A stretch of DNA of 64,000 nucleotides from Anaerolineales bacterium (GCA_963662985.1 OY760067.1:1502100-1566099); one strand, 5' to 3'. Counted from the first letter of the stretch, positions 35,915-46,643 are shown. A program made the numbers and translations. Notes: generated by a model not told the origin, from the letters alone.

Positions 35915-37117
35915 TTATTTTTTCTTATAAACAGTAGCTAAGCCACCAATCGAAGTTTCACGATAAAGATTTGGTAAGTCATGACCTGTTTGTTTCATAG
36001 CTTGTACTACCTCATCAAATGAGATGTGATGTGTTCCATCAGTAAAAACAGCATAGTTGGCAGCATCAATTGCTCGCTTAGCGCCAAAAACATTACGTTC
36101 GATACATGGAATTTGAACTAAACCAGCTACTGGATCACAGGTTAAGCCGAGATGATGTTCCAATCCCATTTCTGCAGCATATTCAATTTGACGTACTGAT
36201 CCACCCATCAATTGCGCTGCAGCTGCAGCCGCCATAGCGCATGCAACACCAACTTCACCTTGACATCCAACCTCTGCTCCAGAGATAGAAGCATTATATT
36301 TTACTAAATTACCAATCAAGCCAGCTGTAGCTAGTGCCCGAATGATTTCATCTTCTGAACAATCAAATGTATCTCGCATATGATGTAATACTGCAGGCAA
36401 AACACCACATGCCCCAGCTGTTGGAGCAGTTACGATTATGCCACCGGATGCATTTTCTTCAGAAACAGCGAGAGCATAAGCTGTCATATAACCGGGTTGA
36501 ACTCCCATTGCACCACCAGCAAGTTTTACTTTTCGATGCAAAGACATGCTTTTGCGGGGCAAAGCGAGGCTGCCAGGCAATACACCATCAGTTTTCAAGC
36601 CACGTAATACAGCTTCTTGCATAGCTTGCCAAATAGTAGATAAATATTCAAAAATCTCAGGACCTTCGTAATGTTTAACTATTTCCCACAATGTCCAACC
36701 ATTATCTTTGCAAGCGAGAAGAATTTCGTCCATTGAGTGAATATCATAGACATATTTGATATTAAGTGTGTCATTTTCATATTTTAAAGCACCACCGCCA
36801 ACACTATAAACCGTTTCCTCACCAATCAATTTTTTATTTTCATCATAAGCATGAAGAATCAAACCATTTGGATGATAAGGCAGTGCTTTGTCTAAATGAA
36901 AGACAATTTCTGCTAAAGGATCATCTAATCCTTCATAAAGAGCTATATCTGTTAAGTGACCACGACCTGTCATTGCCAAACTCCCAAAAAGCTCTGCTTT
37001 GTAAGATGCAGCATTAGGATATTTTCTTTTAAAATTTTGAGCAGCATAGAATGGCCCCATTGTGTGACTACTAGAAGGACCTTTTCCAATTCGATAAAGT
37101 TCTCGGAGAGATTGCAT
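35915..37117 (-). CDS. sdaA: L-serine ammonia-lyase (Fe-S dependent, single-chain)
   Basis: MQSLRELYRIGKGPSSSHTMGP N-terminus, and Cys-containing motifs (GACGVLPA, EVGCQGEVGVACAMAAA). Confidence 0.88.
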   Translation of the reverse strand: MQSLRELYRIGKGPSSSHTMGPFYAAQNFKRKYPNAASYKAELFGSLAMTGRGHLTDIALYEGLDDPLAEIVFHLDKALPYHPNGLILHAYDENKKLIGEETVYSVGGGALKYENDTLNIKYVYDIHSMDEILLACKDNGWTLWEIVKHYEGPEIFEYLSTIWQAMQEAVLRGLKTDGVLPGSLALPRKSMSLHRKVKLAGGAMGVQPGYMTAYALAVSEENASGGIIVTAPTAGACGVLPAVLHHMRDTFDCSEDEIIRALATAGLIGNLVKYNASISGAEVGCQGEVGVACAMAAAAAAQLMGGSVRQIEYAAEMGLEHHLGLTCDPVAGLVQIPCIERNVFGAKRAIDAANYAVFTDGTHHISFDEVVQAMKQTGHDLPNLYRETSIGGLATVYKKK

Positions 37118-37170
37118 AATTTTTCCTTTGAAATATAGCTCAGAAGCACATATATTGGTTAAGAATATAA

Positions 37171-37195
37171 AGAGCTGCCAAAATCTGACAGCTCT
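37171..37195 (-). terminator. Possible terminator downstream of ldh
   Basis: AGAGCTG...CAGCTCT, a 7-bp stem with an 11-nt loop. The minus-strand sequence that follows is only moderately T-rich. Confidence 0.35.
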
Positions 37196-37225
37196 CCTAA
37201 ATATGTCTAATAAATTTTCACTTTA

Positions 37226-38170
37226 CTAACTGATAGACTTGATCAAATCAGAGATCAAGGTAGCGCTAGCAATTAAACTACGTTCTTCGTGCATATTTAA
37301 TGGCAATTCAAGGTATTCTAAAACGCCTGCACCACCTACCATGTTTGGCATAGAGACAGTTACGTCTTTAACACCATATAAATCATCCATAGGAGCACAC
37401 ACAGTGAGTAATGATCTTTCGTCTCTTAGAATCGCCCTTGCAATTCTGCTAATCGCTGCGCCAATTCCGTAATAGGTTGCACCTTTTCCATCTAATATCT
37501 TATATCCTGCTTCACGAACCTGTTCTTCCACAAATATCTTGTCGTCTTCATTGAATTTGATTCCCCATTGTTTGCAGAAATCATCAATCGGAATCACACC
37601 GATATAAGTAGAAGACCAAGCAAAAATCTCTGAATCACCATGTTCGCCCAAGACATAGCCATGAATATGATGAGAATCGATATTCATTTTTTGACTAAGC
37701 AAAGAACGGAAACGAGCGGTATCTAATGTGGTGCCAGAACCTAATACACGCCCCTTAGGCATACCATGTTCTCTAGCGATTTTTGCTGCAATATGGGTCA
37801 TAATATCAACAGGATTTGTTGCCACTAATAACACTGCATTAGGTGCATATTTGATGATATTAGGAATAATCTGTTTAAAGATTGCAGAATTTTTTTCTAA
37901 TAAATCTAATCGTGTAATGCCTGATCCGGGAGGTTGTTTTACACCAGCTGTGATTACTACCAAATCAGAGTTTTTTAAATCTTCATAATCACCTGCACGT
38001 ACAAGCATACGAGCAGAAAAGGGGATTGCATGGCGAATGTCCATTGCCTCAGCTTCTGTTCTCACTTTATCCAAATCAACCAAAACAATTTCTCGTCCCA
38101 CCCCTTTCATCACCATTGCATAAGCAGCGGTTGCGCCAACTTTACCTGCGCCAACAATTCCAACTTTCAT
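37226..38170 (-). CDS. ldh: L-lactate dehydrogenase
   Basis: MKVGIVGAGKVGATAAYAM and GEHGDS. The substrate-specificity position is Gln (ITAGVKQPPG), as in LDH, rather than Arg as in MDH. Confidence 0.9.
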   Translation of the reverse strand: MKVGIVGAGKVGATAAYAMVMKGVGREIVLVDLDKVRTEAEAMDIRHAIPFSARMLVRAGDYEDLKNSDLVVITAGVKQPPGSGITRLDLLEKNSAIFKQIIPNIIKYAPNAVLLVATNPVDIMTHIAAKIAREHGMPKGRVLGSGTTLDTARFRSLLSQKMNIDSHHIHGYVLGEHGDSEIFAWSSTYIGVIPIDDFCKQWGIKFNEDDKIFVEEQVREAGYKILDGKGATYYGIGAAISRIARAILRDERSLLTVCAPMDDLYGVKDVTVSMPNMVGGAGVLEYLELPLNMHEERSLIASATLISDLIKSIS

Positions 38171-38375
38171 TTATTCCTCTTTCTTAAGCTTGTAATACGT
38201 AGCTTTTTTTACAATTAAAAGTTATTTTATAATGAATGATAGCATTATATATATCTTACAATAGTTTTGTAAACAAGAATTAAAAAGAAATTTAAAACTT
38301 GTTTGATATTCACAAAATATCACAAATATATGATATAGTGCCCATTAATTATACGATTAAGGAGAGATAAATTCC

Positions 38376-39275
38376 ATGACAAAAACAATAAAGGTTGGAT
38401 ATATAGGTTTAGGTTTGATGGGAAAGCCCATGGCTATAAATATCTTAAATGCTGGCTATGAGGTCATGGTTCATAATCGTAGTAGAAGAAAGGTTGATGA
38501 GTTAGTAAACCTTGGTGCAAAAGAAGGACATTCACCCAAAGAAGTTGCAGAATTTGCAGATATTGTCTTCACAAATTTACCAGATTCACCTGATGTGGAG
38601 TTAGTAGTTTTAGGTAAAGAGGGTATTATTGAAGGGGCTCATACGGGCATGATCTATATCGATAACTCAACCATTAAACCAGCAACTGCACGACGAATTG
38701 CTGAGGTATTGTCGGAAAAAGAAGTATTTTGTTTAGATGCACCAGTTTCTGGTGGTGACATTGGTGCTCAAAATGGTACACTCACCATTATGGTAGGGGG
38801 AGATGAAAAGGCTTTGCAAAAAGCGATGCCTGTTTTAGAAGTGATTGGGAAAAAGATTACCCATGTGGGGGAAAGTGGTGCGGGGCAGGTCACAAAGGCT
38901 TGTAACCAAATTATGGTGGCAGCGCAAATGACAGCAATGGCTGAATTGTTGATTTTTGCGAAAAAATCAGGTGTAGACCCTGAAAAAGTAGTACAAGCAA
39001 TCAAAGCAGGAGCAGCACAATGTTGGAGCTTAGACGTAAAGCCTTCACGATTATTTGAAGGAAATCGAGAACCTGGATTTAAGGCATATATGCAGGCAAA
39101 AGATTTGGGAATTGTGATGGATACTGCTAGAGAATATAGTATTCCTTTACCAGCAACAGCAGTGAATACTCAACTCTTTGATGCGATGTTAGCAATGGGG
39201 ATGCAAGAATTAGATAATTCTGCTGTTATTGCTGTGATTGAAAAATTAGCAAATCAAAAACTTTTAGAGGATTAA
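38376..39275 (+). CDS. HIBADH-family NAD(P)-dependent oxidoreductase (2-hydroxy-3-oxopropionate reductase-like)
   Basis: VGYIGLGLMGKPMAINIL Rossmann motif, DAPVSGG, and GESGAGQVTKACNQI. Confidence 0.85.
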   Translation: MTKTIKVGYIGLGLMGKPMAINILNAGYEVMVHNRSRRKVDELVNLGAKEGHSPKEVAEFADIVFTNLPDSPDVELVVLGKEGIIEGAHTGMIYIDNSTIKPATARRIAEVLSEKEVFCLDAPVSGGDIGAQNGTLTIMVGGDEKALQKAMPVLEVIGKKITHVGESGAGQVTKACNQIMVAAQMTAMAELLIFAKKSGVDPEKVVQAIKAGAAQCWSLDVKPSRLFEGNREPGFKAYMQAKDLGIVMDTAREYSIPLPATAVNTQLFDAMLAMGMQELDNSAVIAVIEKLANQKLLED

Positions 39276-39284
39276 TGTAGAAAA

Positions 39285-40202
39285 ATGAATGAATTTTTGA
39301 CTTCTTTAAAGATCAGAAGAAAACGCAGACAATTGATCGTTGATTTCTTATTTATTTTGGCTGGAGCATTGATGCAGGCAATTGCATTGAATATGTTCTT
39401 AGTGCCTGCAAATTTGATTGCAGGCGGAATAACTGGTATTTCACAGGTAATTAATCATTATACTGGTTTTCCAATTGGCACGATGATCTTGATTGGAAAC
39501 ATTCCATTGTTTATTATTGGATGGCGTTATTTAGGTGGGTTTAATTTTGCGATTCGTACAGCATGGTCAGTATTGGCTTATTCTATTTTGACAGATGTTA
39601 CATCGCTTTTTTTACCTCAACATTTTACAGAAGATATTTTATTGAACGCATTGTTTGGTGGTGTAATTAGTGGAATTGGTTTTGGTTTAGTCTATAGAGG
39701 ACGTGGTACAAGTGGTGGTTCTGATATTATCGCTAGAATATTAAATCACTATCGTGGTATTTCTATTTCTATGTCTTATTTAATGACTGATACAATCGTA
39801 ATGATGAGTGGTGGTTTTATATTTGGCTGGGAGAAAGCTCTCTATGCATTAGTAAATTTGTTTGTTAGTGGTGAAGCGGCGAATGGGATAACAACAGGAT
39901 CCAATATTGTACGTACAGTTTTTATTATTTCTGATAAACCTACAGAAATTGCTCAAAGTATTATGGATCAACTTAATCGAGGTGTTACTTATGTTGATGT
40001 AACAGGTGCTTATACTGGAAATCAAAAAACATCTTTATATACTGTAGTATCTAGAGCTGAAGTTGAACGTGTAAAATATATAGTGCAAACGGTTGATAAG
40101 AAAGCATTTGTGGTGGTAGGACAAGCTCAAGAAGTGTTTGGAGAAGGATTCTTACCATTACATGATGAACATGAGGAAGAACAAAAAACTATTGAATCGT
40201 AG
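39285..40202 (+). CDS. YitT-family membrane protein (DUF2179)
   Basis: 305 aa. GGITGISQVINHYTGFPIGTMILIGNIPLFIIGW and a C-terminal DUF2179-like domain. Confidence 0.85.
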   Translation: MNEFLTSLKIRRKRRQLIVDFLFILAGALMQAIALNMFLVPANLIAGGITGISQVINHYTGFPIGTMILIGNIPLFIIGWRYLGGFNFAIRTAWSVLAYSILTDVTSLFLPQHFTEDILLNALFGGVISGIGFGLVYRGRGTSGGSDIIARILNHYRGISISMSYLMTDTIVMMSGGFIFGWEKALYALVNLFVSGEAANGITTGSNIVRTVFIISDKPTEIAQSIMDQLNRGVTYVDVTGAYTGNQKTSLYTVVSRAEVERVKYIVQTVDKKAFVVVGQAQEVFGEGFLPLHDEHEEEQKTIES

Positions 40203-40929
40203 CAGAAAAATGCTGCAATAAAATCAATTGCATAGTTTCACTTTGTAAACAGGCCAACACCTTATCATCTGCATAAGGTGTTTTTGTTCCTCTGCTAACT
40301 AATATAGGAATATGCACATTGGTTGCAAAAGTTTTCTCTACATCTGAGGCAAGCGATTTTGGAATAAATCCGATGGCATTTGGGTTTTCATTGATTTTAT
40401 TTTGCATTTCTTGGATAGATGTGACCAATTCAGCATTCATTGAAAGAGATTGCCCTTGCAACACATAACGTTCAAATGCAATTTGTAATTCATTATCAGA
40501 ACTATATATAAAAACTTGAATGGGTTGAGAGGTGTTGTTGAAGGGCTGCCAAGAATTGATTGTGCCGTTAAAAATTGAACGAATTTGAGAGAGTGAAAGA
40601 TCGTTGATTAAATTATTTGGATTTGTAACGATTGCAATGTCATCATAGGTAATGGGAATAAGTGAAGTCAGTTCTATATTTGGTTCACCAAAATGAAAAT
40701 AAGTGAGATCTTTTGGATTTTCTGAGAAATAAGGTGTATAGTCAAAGTCTGGAATAGACATATCGCAGATTTTGAGTGTATCTAATAAACCTTTTGTAGC
40801 AGGATTGAACGTCAATTCAATTTGTGTGACTTTATTCAAGGTGATAGAAGAGTTTTGCTCTTGACAGGCGCTTAAAAAGAATAGTAAGAGGGAAAAAAGA
40901 ATTAATGTCCAACTATATTTTTTTACCAT
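40189..40929 (-). CDS. PBP-fold (PstS-like) substrate-binding lipoprotein
   Basis: Lipobox LSAC. IRSIFNGTINSWQPF resembles the PBP_like_2 motif. I chose the start at MVKKYSW (40929), so it does not overlap uppP. Confidence 0.55.
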   Translation of the reverse strand: MVKKYSWTLILFSLLLFFLSACQEQNSSITLNKVTQIELTFNPATKGLLDTLKICDMSIPDFDYTPYFSENPKDLTYFHFGEPNIELTSLIPITYDDIAIVTNPNNLINDLSLSQIRSIFNGTINSWQPFNNTSQPIQVFIYSSDNELQIAFERYVLQGQSLSMNAELVTSIQEMQNKINENPNAIGFIPKSLASDVEKTFATNVHIPILVSRGTKTPYADDKVLACLQSETMQLILLQHFSATIQ

Positions 40930-40933
40930 GGTT

Positions 40934-41749
40934 TTATAATACAAATAAAACAGAAACAATACAAACTAGCATTAGATAAATGCTGAATTTACCAAGAGAA
41001 TGATTGCTAAGGTAATGTAATAGCCATCTTATTGAAAGATAGCCAACAGCTCCTGCTACTAAAAAACCAACGATTAATGCTGGTATAAAGGAAGATGAGT
41101 TTGTTATTGAGGGGATATCAAATAAGGTAACGATGGACGCGCCTAACATAATTGGAACAGACATTAAGAATGAAAAGCGAGCTGCTGAAGCGCGGTCAAG
41201 GTTGCGTAAAAGCCCGCCAGTGATAGTGGAACCAGAACGAGAAATGCCTGGGAAGAGAGCAAGAACTTGGAAAAGTCCTATAGTAAGTGCATCGATCCAA
41301 TTGAGTTCTTCTAAATTTCGTTGTTTGTTTCCAAGCCATTCCCCAACAGATAGAAGAATTGCAGTGATAGCTAAAAATACAACTGTCATTTTTGCGCTAC
41401 TAAAAGCAGATTCAACTAAATTGTCTAAAAAGAGACCTCCAATCACACCGGGGATGGTGGCAAGAATTAATAGCCATCCTAATTTTGCTTCATGTGTTCC
41501 GAATGGTTTTTTGTTAAATAAAGCAGAAAACCAACCAGTGAAGATAGACCATAGATCTTTCCAAAAATAGAGAATAACTGCAACAAGTGTACCAGCTTGA
41601 ATGAGCATATCAAATACAAAAACTTGGTCTTGAGGGATATTCCAATTGAAGAGATGTGGTAGTAAGACTAAGTGACCTGAGCTTGAAATTGGAAGAAATT
41701 CTGTTAATCCTTGGACAATACCTAAAATAATTGCTTGAAAGATAGTCAT
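40934..41749 (-). CDS. uppP: Undecaprenyl-diphosphate phosphatase
   Basis: IILGIVQGLTEFLPISSSGH and PGISRSGSTI motifs. The start is MTIFQ with SD GGGAGG, forming an ATGA overlap with the tgt stop. Confidence 0.92.
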   Translation of the reverse strand: MTIFQAIILGIVQGLTEFLPISSSGHLVLLPHLFNWNIPQDQVFVFDMLIQAGTLVAVILYFWKDLWSIFTGWFSALFNKKPFGTHEAKLGWLLILATIPGVIGGLFLDNLVESAFSSAKMTVVFLAITAILLSVGEWLGNKQRNLEELNWIDALTIGLFQVLALFPGISRSGSTITGGLLRNLDRASAARFSFLMSVPIMLGASIVTLFDIPSITNSSSFIPALIVGFLVAGAVGYLSIRWLLHYLSNHSLGKFSIYLMLVCIVSVLFVL

Positions 41750-42855
41750 TTCTTTGCCTCCCATAGCCATGGTTGTGAAAATTCTTCAAACTCACCGTCA
41801 ATGATTGCTTTGCGCATATCACGAGCGAGTTGTAACAACGTGTGAATATTGTGGATCGATAGTAATGTGGCACCGGTCATCTCTTTGCAAACCATGAGGT
41901 GGCGTAGGTAAGCGCGCGAGAAGTTTTGACAGGTGTAGCAAGTACAATTGTTATCAATGGGGTTTGAATCTTTTGCAAATTTAAGATTACGCATGTTCAA
42001 ACGACCACCTTGCCGTAAAAAGACAGATCGATTTCTGCCCAAACGAGTGGGGAGTACGCAATCAAAAATATCAATTCCCTTAGAGACACAGTTAACAAGG
42101 TCTTCAGGTGTGCCAACTCCCATTAAATAGCGAGGTTTGTTTTGTGGCATGAGCGGCATTACAGCTTCTAAAACTGAAATCATTTCTTCTTTGGTTTCAC
42201 CAACAGAAAGGCCACCAATAGCAAACCCAGGTAAATCTTTGGAAGTAACATAAGTAGCTGATTCTGCGCGGAGATCATCAAAGATTCCTCCTTGGACGAT
42301 ACCAAAAAGAGCTTGATCTTCTCTGGTCTTTGCATCAATACAACGATCTAACCAGCGATGAGTACGCTCCATAGCACTTTTGACATATTTTTTATCATAA
42401 GGATCAGAACATTCATCAAATGCCATTATGATATCAGCACCAAGATTTTCTTGAATTTTAATGGAGCTTTCAGGTGTAAAACGATGAATTGAGCCGTCGA
42501 TATGACTTTTAAATGTAACTCCATCATCGTCGATTTTATTACTTTCGCTTTGAGAAAAGACCTGGAATCCTCCACTATCTGTCAATATAGGGTTAGGCCA
42601 ATTCATAAACTTGTGTAACCCACCCATTTCTGCTACAAGCTCATCACCGGGACGGAGATATAAATGATAAGTGTTAGAAAGAATTAGTGAAGCGCCCATT
42701 TCATGAAGTTGAGCAGGTGTGATGGATTTTACTGTGGCAGCTGTGCCAACTGGTGCAAAAATAGGTGTTTCAATCACACCATGTGGAGTTTCAAAGCGGC
42801 CTGAGCGAGCAGCACCATCTATAGCATCTAAGTGAAATTGGAAAGAATTAGTCAT
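41746..42855 (-). CDS. tgt: Queuine tRNA-ribosyltransferase (tRNA-guanine transglycosylase)
   Basis: 369 aa. ILTDSGGFQVFS, GLSVGE, and the zinc motif CTCYTCQNFSRAYLRHL. Confidence 0.95.
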   Translation of the reverse strand: MTNSFQFHLDAIDGAARSGRFETPHGVIETPIFAPVGTAATVKSITPAQLHEMGASLILSNTYHLYLRPGDELVAEMGGLHKFMNWPNPILTDSGGFQVFSQSESNKIDDDGVTFKSHIDGSIHRFTPESSIKIQENLGADIIMAFDECSDPYDKKYVKSAMERTHRWLDRCIDAKTREDQALFGIVQGGIFDDLRAESATYVTSKDLPGFAIGGLSVGETKEEMISVLEAVMPLMPQNKPRYLMGVGTPEDLVNCVSKGIDIFDCVLPTRLGRNRSVFLRQGGRLNMRNLKFAKDSNPIDNNCTCYTCQNFSRAYLRHLMVCKEMTGATLLSIHNIHTLLQLARDMRKAIIDGEFEEFSQPWLWEAKK

Positions 42856-42942
42856 ATGCGTATTATACCTGTAAAGTATTCCGTCTCAACAATTCTTTTA
42901 ATTTACTTAAGAAGAAAATATTTTCTCTGATATACTTAATTT

Positions 42943-44370
42943 ATGGATCTTTTTGACTATTCAATGAAAAAGAAAACTGAACGAGAATCACCGTTGGCAG
43001 CACGAATGCGCCCAAAAACCATTGAGCAGTATGTGGGACAAGAGGAAATTTTGGGAGAAGGTAAGCTTTTGCGTCGGACGATTGAAGCAGATCGGTTGTT
43101 CTCTTCAATCATTTTATGGGGGCCACCAGGGACTGGTAAAACTACCTTAGCAACTGTGATTGCAAACCAAACGGCTTCGTATTTTGAAACTTTGTCAGCT
43201 GTGATGGATGGTAAGTCTCGCTTACGAGAAGTGGTACAAGATGCAATTGAACGGCGACGTTTGTATAATACGCGGACGATTTTATTTGTGGATGAGGTGC
43301 ATCGCTGGAACCGTGCACAACAAGATGCGTTACTACCACATGTAGAAAATGGTACAGTGACATTAATTGGAGCAACCACTGAAAACCCCTATTTTGAAGT
43401 CAATGGAGCTTTGGTATCACGTTCAAGAATTTTTCAATTACATCCCTTAGAGTCAAAACACATTCGACAAATCCTCTTAAATGCATTAAGCAATACTGAA
43501 GTTGGATTTGGAAATATGAATGTGGATTTGAAGGAAGAAGCGTTAGCACATATCATTCACGTAGCTAATGGGGATGCACGCAATGCGTTGAATGCATTGG
43601 AATTGGCAGTGGAAAGCACACCACCGAATGATGCGGGTGAGATTGTGGTGACTTTAGATGTAGCCCAAGAATCAATTCAACAGCGAGCAGTGTTATACGA
43701 TAAAGATGGAGATTCTCATTACGATACAATTTCAGCATTTATTAAGTCAATTCGAGGGTCTGATCCCGATGCAGCAATCTATTGGTTAGCTAAAATGCTT
43801 TATGCAGGAGAAGATCCTCGATTCATTTTAAGAAGGTTGTTGATTTCTGCGTCAGAAGATATTGGATTAGCGGATCCAAATGCTATGGTGGTGGCAAATG
43901 CTGCAGCACAGACTTTTGAGTTTGTAGGAATGCCAGAAGGTGTGTTTGCTATTTCAGAAGCGACACTTTATTTGGCTACAGCGCCTAAATCCAATAGCGT
44001 AGGGGCATATTTTAAAGCATTTGATATGTTGGAAAAAGATGGTGCAGTGGAAGTGCCCAAACATTTGAAAGATGGAAATCGTGATGCAAAGACTTTGGGA
44101 CATGGCAAAGATTATTTGTATCCTCATGATTTTAAAGATCATTTTATTCCGCAACAATATTTACCAGATGCTTTATTAGGAACGCATTTTTATACACCTT
44201 CTGAGATGGGTAAAGAAACAGAAATCAAGGCGCGTTTAGAAAAATGGCGTGCAGAACAGAGAGAAGCATTGCGTATTAAATCAATTGAAGAAATGCCGAG
44301 TCTTTCAGAAGAAGAAGTGTTTGGCATTAAACGTCGACACAAATCTGGACGCGGCAAGAGTACGATTTAA
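42943..44370 (+). CDS. rarA: Replication-associated recombination protein A (AAA+ ATPase)
   Basis: Walker A GPPGTGKTT, Walker B LFVDEVHRWN, and the MgsA C-terminal region (YDTISAFIKSIRGSDPDAAIYWLAKM). Confidence 0.93.
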   Translation: MDLFDYSMKKKTERESPLAARMRPKTIEQYVGQEEILGEGKLLRRTIEADRLFSSIILWGPPGTGKTTLATVIANQTASYFETLSAVMDGKSRLREVVQDAIERRRLYNTRTILFVDEVHRWNRAQQDALLPHVENGTVTLIGATTENPYFEVNGALVSRSRIFQLHPLESKHIRQILLNALSNTEVGFGNMNVDLKEEALAHIIHVANGDARNALNALELAVESTPPNDAGEIVVTLDVAQESIQQRAVLYDKDGDSHYDTISAFIKSIRGSDPDAAIYWLAKMLYAGEDPRFILRRLLISASEDIGLADPNAMVVANAAAQTFEFVGMPEGVFAISEATLYLATAPKSNSVGAYFKAFDMLEKDGAVEVPKHLKDGNRDAKTLGHGKDYLYPHDFKDHFIPQQYLPDALLGTHFYTPSEMGKETEIKARLEKWRAEQREALRIKSIEEMPSLSEEEVFGIKRRHKSGRGKSTI

Positions 44371-44398
44371 GCAATTGAGAAAGAAGAACAAAGGATTG

Positions 44399-44860
44399 AT
44401 GATGAAAGGAAAATCGAGCATGCAAGTTGCTATAATTTCTTTGTTGTTTGTGATGTTGGGTGGTGTGGCCATCACAATCCAAAATATTGTCTCAGGTGAG
44501 ATGGCTTCCAAGACAGCATCTATAACAAGCGTATTTATTATTCAATTAAGTGGAACAATCCTTTCTGGTTTGATCATTTTGTTTATGAAAGGAAACCCAT
44601 TGAAGGGATGGACAACTATCCCATGGTATATGTTCTTTGTGGGGTTATCGGGGATTATTGTAATTCTATCGATGGTGTATTCGATTCCTCGAATTGGTGT
44701 TTCGGGTGCTGTTAGCGGACAGCTGATTGCTATGTTGACTTGTAGTGCATTAATCGATCATTTTGGCGCTTTTGGTGTGGAACGAATTCCTTTAACTTCA
44801 TTAAAACTGGTGGGGATGTTGACTCTGATTGTTGGTGTGTTTTTAGTCTTGAAAAAATAG
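44399..44860 (+). CDS. DMT-superfamily membrane protein (DUF606/YdcZ-like)
   Basis: About 153 aa with the IDHFGAFG motif. The track ORF start (44249) overlaps rarA, so I prefer the in-frame ATG at 44399. Confidence 0.7.
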   Translation: MMKGKSSMQVAIISLLFVMLGGVAITIQNIVSGEMASKTASITSVFIIQLSGTILSGLIILFMKGNPLKGWTTIPWYMFFVGLSGIIVILSMVYSIPRIGVSGAVSGQLIAMLTCSALIDHFGAFGVERIPLTSLKLVGMLTLIVGVFLVLKK

Positions 44861-45056
44861 ACTATGGAACAAAATTTGGATTGATTACGTTAAAATACTA
44901 AGAGATTTTGTTTGATACTTAAATTTTGAATAAGAAAAAGGCGTTTTTTGTTTAGAATATTTGCCAATAATCGCTTATTCATAGATGACAAGGTATAATT
45001 CAACAAGTATAATTCAAGCTTGAGCGTAAACTCAGAAAAGCAAAGGATAGATAAGA

Positions 45057-45830
45057 ATGAAAAAGTATTTAAAAGTTGTTTTTATTATTGCAATTTTGGC
45101 TGTTGCACTCACAGCATGTAATTCAGGAAATGATAACAATGGTGTTTCTGAAGCAGATGCAGTGATGACACAAGCAGCATTGCTAGTAAATGAAATGTCC
45201 ACCCAAGCTGCTCAGACAGAAGCTGCTAAGGAACCAACACCTACAAATACACCTGTTCCACCAACTCCAACAAACACAGTTGCTCCAACTGCAACTTTGA
45301 TTCCTACTTTACCAAATGCTGCCGATCCAGCAACCGCAACCCCGATCGCTACTTTGGCAAACCAAGGCAATAGTTCTAATACAGGTACTACTTCAACTGG
45401 TAACTGTACATGGGATGCTCATTTTGAATATGAGACAATTCCGGATGGCACCCGTTTCAAACGTGAAACAGTATTTGATAAGACATGGCGAATCAAGAAC
45501 ACTGGCACTTGTTTGTGGGGACCGGACATTGAATTAGTCTGGTTGGCAAGCTATTATGATAAAGATGTAGATGGCTCATGGGATGCTTGGACAGATAAAT
45601 TCACTGCATATGATGTGTTGGAAACCACAAAAGCATCTTCTGTGATTGCACAAGATATTGGCACTTTGGGAAATCAACAAATTGGTGAATTCAAGATTAC
45701 ATATCAAGCACCAATGAAAGCTGGTTTGTATCGTTTGGATTATCAAATTCGTACGAATGGCGCGATTATCCCAATCGATGGTGGCGTGATCTATGTAGTG
45801 TTTGAATCCTATGATCCGGAAGCTGAATAG
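45057..45830 (+). CDS. Lipoprotein with an NBR1-like Ig domain
   Basis: Lipobox LTAC and a Thr/Pro linker. CTWDAHFEYETIPDGTRFKRETVFDKTWRIKNTGTCLWGP matches the N_BRCA1_IG-type pattern. Confidence 0.6.
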   Translation: MKKYLKVVFIIAILAVALTACNSGNDNNGVSEADAVMTQAALLVNEMSTQAAQTEAAKEPTPTNTPVPPTPTNTVAPTATLIPTLPNAADPATATPIATLANQGNSSNTGTTSTGNCTWDAHFEYETIPDGTRFKRETVFDKTWRIKNTGTCLWGPDIELVWLASYYDKDVDGSWDAWTDKFTAYDVLETTKASSVIAQDIGTLGNQQIGEFKITYQAPMKAGLYRLDYQIRTNGAIIPIDGGVIYVVFESYDPEAE

Positions 45831-45851
45831 AAACGTTGAATGATTAATTAG

Positions 45852-45882
45852 AGAGCTGGTGTGATGCCAGCTCTTTTGTTTT
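45852..45882 (+). terminator. Intrinsic terminator; also the point where composition changes
   Basis: AGAGCTGG-tgtgatg-CCAGCTCT followed by TTTTGTTTT. Confidence 0.75.
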
Positions 45883-45905
45883 AAGTTGGGTGTGAGGGTG
45901 AGCGG

Positions 45906-46607
45906 TTATTGAATGAGGGAGAGGTAGTGATTGAGGACCCCGAAGGCGAAAAGGAGCTGGCCGAGTTGATAGAAGATACGGCTGATGAGGCGCGTGTATT
46001 TGTGTTCGATGACCCATTGACGATAGCCGAGTAATGAGTCGGCGTAGAACATGGAGAAGGCTCCAAGGGCGGCAAAGTAGGAGAATAAGGGGTTGCTCTT
46101 CCAGAGGAAGAAGGAGCTGATGGCACGGTAGAGGGTGGAGGAGATGACGATGAGGTAGAGTAGGGAGGGAGCGTATAGGTCAAGGATTTTGCGCGCATTC
46201 ATGACCCGTTGGAGGAGATAGGCGAAGAAGATGACAACGGGAACAAAGAAGATGGCGAGGAAGATGCTGGGCGCGAGGGTGCTGGATTGGAAGACGGGGG
46301 TGATGGCGAGGTTATAGGCGATGTGGGCGAGGAGGAAGAGGAAAAGACCGAGTTTGAAGGGACGTTTGGGGAGCATGAGGGTGATGTCTCCGGCGAGGGA
46401 GAAGGCGAGGCCAATGAGCACCCAAAGGATGTTGCCTGCGGAGGTGCCGATGAATTTGGTGTTGCCGATTTGAATGAAGGCGGTGATGAGGATGGCGATG
46501 ATGACGAGCGGTTTGGTGATGTAGCCAAGTTTGATTTTTTTTGTTTGTAGGGCGTACCAGTCGGCGACCATGATGAGCAGAACTGGGAGTAGGAGTAGGT
46601 AGTTCAT
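45906..46607 (-). CDS. YhhN-family membrane protein (lysoplasmalogenase-like)
   Basis: 233 aa polytopic protein with a YhhN-like layout (KPLVIIAILI..., LAFSLAGDITLM..., FYADSLLG). The coding strand is conspicuously C-rich. Confidence 0.65.
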   Translation of the reverse strand: MNYLLLLPVLLIMVADWYALQTKKIKLGYITKPLVIIAILITAFIQIGNTKFIGTSAGNILWVLIGLAFSLAGDITLMLPKRPFKLGLFLFLLAHIAYNLAITPVFQSSTLAPSIFLAIFFVPVVIFFAYLLQRVMNARKILDLYAPSLLYLIVISSTLYRAISSFFLWKSNPLFSYFAALGAFSMFYADSLLGYRQWVIEHKYTRLISRIFYQLGQLLFAFGVLNHYLSLIQ

Positions 46608-46643
46608 GAGGATCCTTTGCGCGCTGTGCGAGGGGTTGGTGGG

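Noticed and set aside
38299-38340. A Rex (redox) operator upstream of ldh: TTGTTTGATATTCACAA followed by ATATCACAAA.
   Set aside because: Only the right half-site (TTCACAA) matches TTGTGAA-N4-TTCACAA. The left half is poor and the spacing is one nucleotide short. The second element is a direct repeat, not an inverted one.
44249-44398. The 5' extension of the DUF606 ORF, which overlaps the 3' end of rarA by 122 nt.
   Set aside because: The extension is basic and non-hydrophobic, and it is out of character for the family. An in-frame ATG at 44399 lies just before the first TM helix.
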